Below are positions 54,277-64,000 of a stretch of DNA of 64,000 bases, in pieces. Numbering within the stretch: the first letter of the stretch is position 1; each line of letters begins with the position of its first letter. Below the pieces are notes generated by a model. It saw only the letters and a list, made by a program, of their open reading frames with translations. It was not told the origin of the DNA and did no database searches. The translations under genes and the position numbers were made by a program. The DNA comes from the human T2T-CHM13v2.0 reference genome, Homo sapiens, in assembly GCF_009914755.1 (NCBI RefSeq), contig NC_060936.1; one strand, 5' to 3'.

Positions 54277-55089
54277 CAGGGGTGCCCAACCCCCGGGCCA
54301 CAGATGGGTACCAGGCCTGTTAGGAACCAGACTGCGAAGCAGGTGAGCGGTCAGCAGGTGAAGCTTCATCTGAATTTACAGCTGCTCCCTGTCAATCACA
54401 TCACCGTCTGAGCTCTGCCTCCTGTCGGATCAGCGGCATTAGATTATCACAGGAGGCCGGGCATGGTGGCTCACACCTGTAATCCCAGCACTTTGAGAGG
54501 CCAAGGCAGGTGGATCACCTGAGGTCAGGAATTCAAGACCAGCCTGGCCAACATGGTGAAACCCCATCTCTACTAAAAAGACAAAAATTAGCCGGGTGTG
54601 GTGGCACATGCCTGTAATCCCACCTACTTGGGAGGCTGAGGCAGGAGAATTGCTGGAACCCCAGAAGGTGGAGGTTGCAATGAGCCGAGATCGCACCACT
54701 GCACTCCAGCCTGGGCAACAGAGCGAGATTCCATCTCAAAAAAATTTTAAAAAAAAGATGATCACAGGAACATGAACCCTACTGTGAAGTGCGCATGAGA
54801 GGGATCTAGGTTGTGAGCTCCTTAGGAGAATCTAATGCCTGGTGATCTGTCACTGCTCCCATCACTCCCAGATAGGACCATCTAGCTGCAGGGAAACAAG
54901 CTCAGGGCTCCCACTGCATTGTGGTGAGTTGTATAATTATTTCATTATATACGACAATATAATAATAGAAATAAAGTACACAATAAATGTAATGCACTTG
55001 AATCATCCCAAAACCATCCCCACCCCCACCCATGGAAGAACAGTCTTCCACAAAACCAGTTCCTGGTGCCAAAAAGGCTGGGACCACTG
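54277..55089. mobile_element. MER1A hAT-Charlie DNA transposon (contains an Alu)
   Basis: Termini caggggtgcccaaccccc...aaaaaggctgggaccactg; 8-bp TSD-like ctctaggg / gtctaagg. Confidence 0.85.
54455..54756 (+). mobile_element. AluSx-like
   Basis: Alu consensus; TSD agattatcacagga / agatgatcacagga. Confidence 0.95.
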
Positions 55090-56945
55090 GTCTAAGGGAG
55101 AGTCCATTTCTTGCCTCTTCCAGCTCCCAGAGGCCACCCCACATCACTCCAACCTCTGCTTCTATATTCACATGACTTTCTCCCGACACAGACACTCCTG
55201 CCTCCCTCTCATAAGCACCCACGCAATTATATTGGATACACATGAAGAATCCAGAATCATCTCCCCACCTCAAGACCCTCAGCCACATCTGTGAGGTCCC
55301 TTTTGAGTGAATTCAGAGTGAATGTGTGTATTCTGGTTCACTAATGAGTCTAACAAGGAAAGATGAAATGAGAATTCAAGACAGTAGAAGACAAAAACAG
55401 TCCATGATCAATTGCTGATGGATTGCACAAATAGAACACATTCCTTCTTCTTAGTCCCACAGGGCACATCCGGCTCAAATGTTTCCCTCCCGAATGTATC
55501 ATCATGACTCGACAGAGATTAAATAGTTCATGAACGGTGCTGCAGAGTCAAACAGGAATATAATGCCAATTAGTGAGAGAAATGATGACTGGGGACAATG
55601 TGGTGAGGAGTGAAATAGACACAGCTGCATTTTTAAATGGCAAACTTGTGCAGTCAGTAAGGGAAGGAGTGAGAACAGAGCCTCCGGTACAACCTGGCTG
55701 AGTTAAACATCAAGGTCAATCAATTGATCTACCCAGGGTACTGTTATGAGGAGTAAAAATTGCCAGTTATACATCTGAGCCAAGCCTTGGCCCAGGTGGG
55801 AAAGAAATGCAAAGCTGTTTTCAAAAAGGCTTCATCATAACTGTTTACAAGCTTTCACTCTGAACACCGGATTTCAAAGAAACTTAGAAGAAAGGCTAGG
55901 TGAAGAAATACATTAGCTATGAAATCGCCCAGGAAAATGGGAAAACCGGAGCTCGTGCTGCTTATTTTGTCATCATGAAGCAGTAATCCCAAAAAACTTA
56001 AATACATAGGTTTTTGGGTTTACTGTGGGGCTTGACATCCATGGAGGGATGGACCCTGCAGGCCACTTGGCCATGCAGCTGTGACATGATTCCAAACACT
56101 TCGTGTGCTACATGAGTGGCACATGCTTTGCTGTGATGAGAAAATGGAGAATAAGCCCAAGCCCAGGAAGATCTTACATCACACCTTATCAGACCACGTA
56201 TGTGAGTACTGGACCCCAAAACACATATACATCCGTAATTTCAACAGACACATTGACAGCTCAGGCTGTGGCTGGGCTACTCTGTCAGCCTCTGATCTGT
56301 TCTTTGAAGCCTCGTCCACAAGCAACACCACTCGCTAGTGTTGAGGGACCTGGTGCGTCGCCCCAGATCTCTGCTGTGCTGGTCAAACTGTCTCTCCCAA
56401 TAACTTCTCATAGAAAGGTGCACCTCAAACTTCAGTTAGACTCTACGTCCCCAGCAGCCTGCTTCCACCCTAGAGCAACTGGACTTTAATAACTGAACCC
56501 TAGACAAAACGTACCTCATCTGTTGAGTGTATTCCCTGAGATATTTGTTCTCATGATCCTCCCCATCTTTGAGCATTGTGAAAAAAGGAGTCTCTTTGTA
56601 TGGCAATTAAACCATGTTATTTGTGAAATCACACTTTGATCATGGCCTTCTTTCAACCATACAAAACACATATACATGGGTCAGCAAGATGGCTGACTAG
56701 AAGCCCCTTGTGCTCGGCCCCTCGTGGAGACAGCCAGAACAATGAACACACAACAGCACTGGAATGAAAGTAACAGAGAGAGAGCGGTGGAGTGCATCAG
56801 AGGAGTCACAGAAATGCTGGTGAGCACAGAAACTCAGGATGGCCACATCGGGAAGGAAATGCTGGGCCTCCACCACCCCATGCCCCAACTGGGACCAGCT
56901 GGGACCCACGAGAAGTTTCTCCCTGGGGTGAGGAGGAAAGCAAGA

Positions 56946-57891
56946 GGACCCCACAGCCCCCACCACCACCATGGACGCCCACAGCCCCCACCACCACCAC
57001 GGACGCCCACAGCCCCCACCACCACCACGGACGCCCACAGCCCCCACCACCACCATGGACGCCCACAGCCCCCACCACCACCATGGACGCCCACAGCCCC
57101 CACCACCACCATGGACGCCCACAGCCCCCACCACCACCATGGACGCCCACAGCCCCCACCACCACCATGGACGCCCACAGCCCCCACCACCACCATGGAC
57201 GCCCACAGCCCCCACCACCACCATGGACGCCCACAGCCCCCACCACCACCATGGACGCCCACAGCCCCCACCACCACCATGGACGCCCACAGCCCCCACC
57301 ACCACCATGGACGCCCACAGCCCCCACCACCACCATGGACGCCCACAGCCCCCACCACCACCATGGACGCCCACAGCCCCCACCACCACCATGGACGCCC
57401 ACAGCCCCCACCACCACCATGGACGCCCACAGCCCCCACCACCACCATGGACGCCCACAGCCCCCACCACCACCATGGACGCCCACAGCCCCCACCACCA
57501 CCATGGACGCCCACAGCCCCCACCACCACCATGGACGCCCACAGCCCCCACCACCACCATGGACGCCCACAGCCCCCACCCCCACCATGGACGCCCACAG
57601 CCCCCACCACCACCATGGACGCCCACAGCCCCCACCACCACCATGGACGCCCACAGCCCCCACCACCACCATGGACGCCCACAGCCCCCACCACCACCAT
57701 GGACGCCCACAGCCCCCACCACCACCATGGACGCCCACAGCCCCCACCACCACCATGGACGCCCACAGCCCCCACCACCACCATGGACGCCCACAGCCCC
57801 CACCACCACCATGGACGCCCACAGCCCCCACCACCACCATGGACGCCCACAGCCCTCACCACCACCATGGACGCCCACAGCCCTCACCACC
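56946..57891. repeat. Near-perfect minisatellite/VNTR, 28-bp unit, ~33 copies, inside the L1 5'UTR
   Basis: Unit ggacgcccacagcccccaccaccaccat. Confidence 0.98.
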
Positions 57892-58213
57892 GGGGTCCCT
57901 GTAGTCCCCCCAGGCACTAAGCTCAGCAGAGGGAGCTGCCTGGAGTCTACGTGGCTGTGCTCCCCCAGAGAAGGAAGCAACACAGTGCCCACCCCCGTGG
58001 CCCACGTGGCTACTGTGCTCTGCCATCTTGGAACTGGAAGCATGGCTGGAGTGTGTCATGGTCTGGAACAATAAGGGTGGCTCCTGTGGAACCACCCCAG
58101 CCCAATGGCCCAACATCCCCAAGCAGAACTGGTGCAGCTGTTATAGCCTTCCCGGTGGGGCCAGGCGGACGTGAAGCCACTCTGCCTACCCCTCCCTCTA
58201 CCCCTTTGGGCAG

Positions 58214-58440
58214 GAGCTGAAGCAGTGCCCTACATCCCAGGAAACAGTGCCTGGGCTGCCCAGAGCAGTCACGCACCCCAGGCCTGAGCTGAAGCAGTGC
58301 CCTATATCCCAGGAAACCGTGCCTGGGCTGCCCAGAACAGTCACACCCCTCAGGCCTGAGGTGAAACAGCACATTGCTTCCTGAGGAATCAGTGCCCTGG
58401 CCAAGCTGAACAGCTTCACATCCCAGAGCTGAGCTGAGAT
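58214..58440. repeat. ~72-bp sub-repeats in the L1 5'UTR
   Basis: gagctgaagcagtgcccta.atcccaggaaac.gtgcctgggctgcccaga twice, plus decayed copies. Confidence 0.75.
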
Positions 58441-59963
58441 GGTACCCCACATTCCAGGGAAACAGCAGTGGCTGAGCGGAGACACCTACCCTACAGGCCA
58501 AACAACTTTAGTACCTGCTTCCCTGGAGCTGGACTAGCACTCTAGAGTCTCAGGGGCTGAGACAGCCCTCTACCTGGGAAGTGGAGGCATTGCTGTGTTA
58601 TTCCCTACCCCTCAAGGGCCCAAATGACAACCTTATACCACCATCTGGGGTCCTTGCCATCACTGCACCTGGCCTCCCAGAGTGTGGGGTACTGCCAAGC
58701 CTCACCATCCCAGAGTCTAGTGTCACTACCACCTGGTGCCTGCCTCATCCCCCGGGACCCAAGTTGCCACTGAGCCCTATTGGCTGAGGTTACCAAATTG
58801 CAGTCATGCCCTGATCCTGAGGCCCAAACCCCCAGGACAACCCTTCTTCCCCAGAGTTGGGCCGGTGCTGTGCCCTGTCCCCGAGGGGTAGAATCACAGC
58901 TACAACCCAGACCCCCAGGCCTGAGCTGCTAGGGAGTGTCTCAGAGTCACAGATCTATGGGCAACCAACATCCAACCCTGCCGCAAAGAATGAACCTAGA
59001 CCCCAAAACCCAGGTGCCATAATAGGCTTGTGAGACCCTGAGCCTAGGACCCTGGATCCATAGCTGCTGCAAGCACCTACATCTGGAACCCAGCATCACT
59101 GGAGCTGCTTATAGGCCATGTCAGACTGATATCAAGAGAGATGCCCTGACCTAAGTCCCCTATTGTGGGGAAAACAGGAATAGGAGGATCCCAAAACCTA
59201 ATGTCAAAATTTATTGTATCAAAACCAAATGTCCTTTGATACCAAGGACATTAACCATCTATGCTGGCACCACTGCTACCACAAACTTCTACAGCCTAGA
59301 CAACTGAGGCACCTACAGTTACTGCTGATATTCAACACAGCTGAAGAAGCTGAGTAGGGACTATATCACTGCACTTATCTGGAAACAGAGTCACCACATC
59401 CTTTTTAACCAGCACATTAAAACCAACCCAACTACATGTGAAAGTCTTTCTCTATGCAAGGCACTCTCAAAATTTGGAGGAGGTGGTTTTTCCACCAGAT
59501 GCACAGACATCAATGCAAGGGCATGAGAAACATGAAAAAGCAAGGAAATATGACACAACCAAAGGGATCTAATAACTCTCTAGTAGCAGACCCAAATGAA
59601 AAGAAAATCAACAAATTGCTAGAAAAGGAATTCAAAATAATGACCTGAAGGAAACTCAACAGTATACAAGAAAATACAGATACACAATCCACCAAAATCA
59701 GGAAAACAATTCAGAATATGAACAAGAAATTCAAGAAAGTGATAGAAATCATAGAAAAAAAAACCAACTGAACAGAAATCCAGCAACTGATGAATTCAAT
59801 GAATAAAATAAAAACACAATAGAGAGCTTCAACAGCAGACCTGATCAAGCAGAAGAAAGAATTTCTGAATATGAAGACAGGTCATTTGAAATTACCTAGT
59901 CAGAGGAAAAAAAAAGAAGAATGAAAAATATTTAAAAACCTGTAAGACATGGGACACTATTAA

Positions 59964-59965
<2 letters not shown>

Positions 59966-60004
<39 letters not shown>
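59966..60004. repeat. (CA)n microsatellite
   Basis: About 19 CA units. Confidence 0.95.
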
Positions 60005-60008
<4 letters not shown>

Positions 60009-60196
60009 TTGCATTATGGGTATTCCAAAGAAAAAGAGAAGAGAAAAGACATAGAAAACCTATTTAATGAAATAATAGCTGAGAAGTTCCCAAATCTGGA
60101 AATAGATATAAACATCCAGATCCAGGAAGCTTGAAGTTTCCCAATAGATTCAACCCAGAAAGGTCCTCCCCAAGGCAAATTATAGTCAAAATGTCA

Positions 60197-60610
<414 letters not shown>

Positions 60611-60996
60611 AAAAACATCAAGAGAAAAGCATCAAGTCACATATGAGGGAATCCCCACTAGACTAACAGCAGATTTCTCTGCAGAAATCTTACAGGCTAG
60701 ACCCAGAGAACAGGATGATATATTTAAAGTGCTGAAAGAAAAAAAAAAACTTGTCAACCAACAATACTATATCCAGCAAAGCTATCCTTCAGGAATGAGA
60801 GAGAAATAAAGTCTTTTGCAGGCAAGCAAAAACTGAGGAAATTCATTACCACTAGAACAGCTTTATAAGAAATGATTGAGGGAGTCCTACATCTGGAAGA
60901 GAAAAGATAATCGTCACTATCGTGAAAACATGCAAAAGTATAAAACTCACTGGTAGACCAGGTACACAAAGAAGAAAGACGAAATAATAAAAACTT

Positions 60997-61293
60997 GGTT
61001 GGGCAGGGTGATTCATGCCTGTAGTACCAGCACTCTGGGAGGCCGAGGAAGGCAAATTGCTTGAGCCCAGTAGTTTGAGAGCAGCCTGGACAACATGGTG
61101 AAATCCCATCTCTACAAAAACAAAATTAGCCAGGTGTGGCAGTGCATGCCTGTGGCCCCAACTACCCAGGAGGCTGAGACAGGAGATTTGCTTGAGCCTG
61201 AGAAGTTGAGGCTGCAGTGAGCCATGGGCATGCCACTGTACTCAGCCTGGGCAACACAGTGAGACCCTGTCTCAAAAAAAAAGAAAAGAAAAG
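60997..61293 (+). mobile_element. AluJ
   Basis: ttgcttgagcccag...gaggctgcagtgagccatg; TSD aataaaaac(t/c)tg. Confidence 0.92.
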
Positions 61294-62100
61294 AATAAAA
61301 ACCTGTTACTACAGAAATACACCAAACCAAAATAACAAACAATAAGCAAAGAAGAAAGGCACAAAGGATATATAAAACAACCAGAAAACAGTCAATGAAA
61401 TGACAGGAATAAGTCCTTGCATATTAATAATAACCTTGAATTAAAACAGGTTAAATTCTCCCACTAAAAAGATATAGACTGGCTGAAAGGATTTTTTTTA
61501 ATGACAAAACTATATGCTACCAACGAGAAATTCACTACACCCATTAAAGACACATATAGACTGAAAGTGAAGGGATAGAAAAAGATATTCCATGCAAACA
61601 AAAACCAAAAGCAAGCAGGATTAGCTGTATTTATATCAGATAAAACAGACTCTGTAAAGCAAAAATTGTAAAAAGAGAAAAGGTCATTATGTTATAATAA
61701 AAGGATCAATTCAGCAAGAGGATATAATAAATATACATGCACCCAACACCAAAGCACTCAGATACATAAATAGCAAGTATTATTAGATCTAAAGGGAGAG
61801 ATGGACTCCAATACAATAACAGCTGGGGACTTCAACACCCCACTCGTGGCACTGGACAAGTCATTTAGACAGAAAACAACAAGGAAACATTAGGTTTAAA
61901 CTGTTCTTTATATCAAATGGACCTAACAGACATTTATAGAATCTTTCATCTAATAGCTGAAGATTACATTTTCTTTTCATCAGTACATGGAACATTCTCC
62001 AGCATAAAATTCTCCATCAACAAGTGAATGGATAAAGAACATGCAGTGTATATACACATAATGGAATACTATTTAGCCACAAAAAAGGAATAAAGTTCTG

Positions 62101-62412
62101 GGCTGGGCACGGTGGCTCATGCCTGTAATCCCAGCACTTTGGGAGGCCGAGGCATGTGGATCACCTGAGGTCAGGAGTTCAAGACCAGCCTGACCAACAT
62201 GGAGAAACCCCATGTCTACCAAAAATACAAAATTAGCCAGGCATGGTGGCTCATGCCTGTAATCTCAGCTACTAGGGAGGCTGAGGCAGGAGAATTGCTT
62301 GAACCTGGGAGGCTGAGGTTGCCAGGAGGTGGAGGTTGCCATGAGCCGACATCGCATCATTGCACTACAGCCTGGGCAACAAGAGTGAAACTCCGTCTTA
62401 AAAAAAAAAAAA
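62101..62412 (+). mobile_element. AluSp with short internal duplication
   Basis: cctgaccaacatggagaaacccc diagnostic; ggaggctgaggttgccaggaggtggaggttgcc; TSD aaaaaaggaataaagtt. Confidence 0.95.
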
Positions 62413-62635
62413 AGGAATAAAGTTATGTCATACCAGCAACATGGACAACCTTGGAGGTTATTAAGAGAAATAAGTCAGGCACAGAAAGATAAATACTGTA
62501 TGTTCTCACTCATATGTGGAGGCTTAAAAAGTTGATCTTATAAAAGTAGAGAGTAAAATAGTGGCTAGTAGTGGCTGAGAAGTGTCAGGAGAAGGGGGCA
62601 TAGCCAAAGGTTGATTAAAAAATACAAAAGTAGTC

Positions 62636-62993
<358 letters not shown>

Positions 62994-63304
62994 CTAGTTA
63001 GGAGGAATGAGTCTAGTGTTCCATAGCACTGCAGGGTGACTATAATTAACAATTTATAGTATGTTTCAAATAGCTAAACGAGCAGATTTTGAATGTTCTC
63101 AGCACAAATAAATGATAAATGAGGCAATAGATAAGCTAATTATCTGATTTGATCACTACACATTGTATACATGCAATGGAAATATCACACTGTACCCATA
63201 AATATGTACAATTATTATGTGTCAGTTGAAAACAATTTTACAAAACACACATTTGCATGTTTATTCTTAGGTTTTTACAGTTCTTTAATCTTATTTATTC
63301 ACCT

Positions 63305-63414
63305 ATTTTTTTGAGACAAGGTCTTGATAGGGTCTTGCTTTGTCGCCCAGACTATACTGCAGTGGCACAATCACAGCTCACTGCAGCCTTGACCTTCCAC
63401 ACTCAAACAATCCT
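63305..63414 (-). mobile_element. Truncated AluJ fragment
   Basis: ttttgagacaaggtct...cagtggcacaatcacagctcactgcagccttgacc. Confidence 0.8.
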
Positions 63415-63751
63415 AAGTTTCACCTTTTGACCTACACAGACTAATTGTATTACATTTTAATGTGAAGTCTCCACCCTGAAGTGAACTTGGGACCATGTAA
63501 CATGAATGTTTGCTTACCACACAACCTAGCAAGCCCCTTTCACAAATATTCATAGCTCCTCCTATAACCTATTAAATATGTATGTTTAGCCAACCTGTTT
63601 AGCATAAAACTCCTCTCCCACCCTTCTTCCTTCAAAGTGCCTACTTTCTGTCTCAGCCAGAGGGTCTGCTTCCCAGGCTGTGGGTTGCAACTCTTCTCAG
63701 AAATAAAGTTCTCCTTTCCAAATTTAAGATCTTGTGATCTTTATTTTGACA
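63415..63751 (+). mobile_element. ERV1 (MER4-group) LTR 3' part
   Basis: aatattcatagctcctcctataacc...aaataaagttctcctttccaaatt...ttgaca. Confidence 0.55.
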
Positions 63752-64000
63752 TATGAGATTTCCCTAGCCGGTTTTTAGTCCATCCCTGAAAGACTGAATG
63801 GTTAGATCTTTGATATCTTTCTCAAGTACCTCCCATTTGACCTCAGCCATCCATTTTCAAGTATCACCAGTCCCAGTATCATATGAATAAATTGGGAAAG
63901 ATCAAGGAATCATGGATCATATACTCCAGGAGAATTTTTTACCTCCAAGAAAATTTCTGGGGGCTTTCCTTTGAAACCTTTCACTGTTGCTCTGAACTCA

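Larger units (their letters stand above)
54130..55305 (-). mobile_element. MLT1 LTR split by MER1A
   Basis: ttcctattgctgctgtaac...ggtcagaagtcc...gaagctctagg | ggagagtccatttcttgcctcttccagct...tccagaatcatctcccc. Confidence 0.7.

Noticed and set aside
55320-56650. Possible exon or DNA-transposon remnant in AT-richer unique sequence
   Set aside because: No convincing splice pair, ORF or repeat match identifiable by eye.

Overview
Human/primate subtelomere-like, GC-rich genomic DNA with no convincing protein-coding gene. Landmarks are a 3'-truncated 5S rRNA pseudogene (~16874-16963) beside a CpG island (~16950-18050) and a processed RPS6 pseudogene (~23298-24100) inserted into an old L1. The window also holds many Alu, L1, L2, MIR, LTR and MER relics and an unusually high load of tandem repeats. 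Four large minisatellites (units of ~53, 36, 20 and 28 bp) each appear to have grown out of a different transposable element: L1 ORF2, MIR core, MST LTR and L1 5'UTR. The 28-bp array sits behind an L1 promoter, is nearly perfect, has no stop codon in any of six frames and carries a Kozak-like CCACCATGG in almost every unit. From memory only (unverified), the 5S-pseudogene plus RPS6-pseudogene pair resembles the duplicated block at 12q24.33 (RNA5SP376/RPS6P20 and RNA5SP377/RPS6P21). Most ORFs in the supplied track are repeat or GC artefacts. Repeat subfamily names are by-eye calls and coordinates are approximate.
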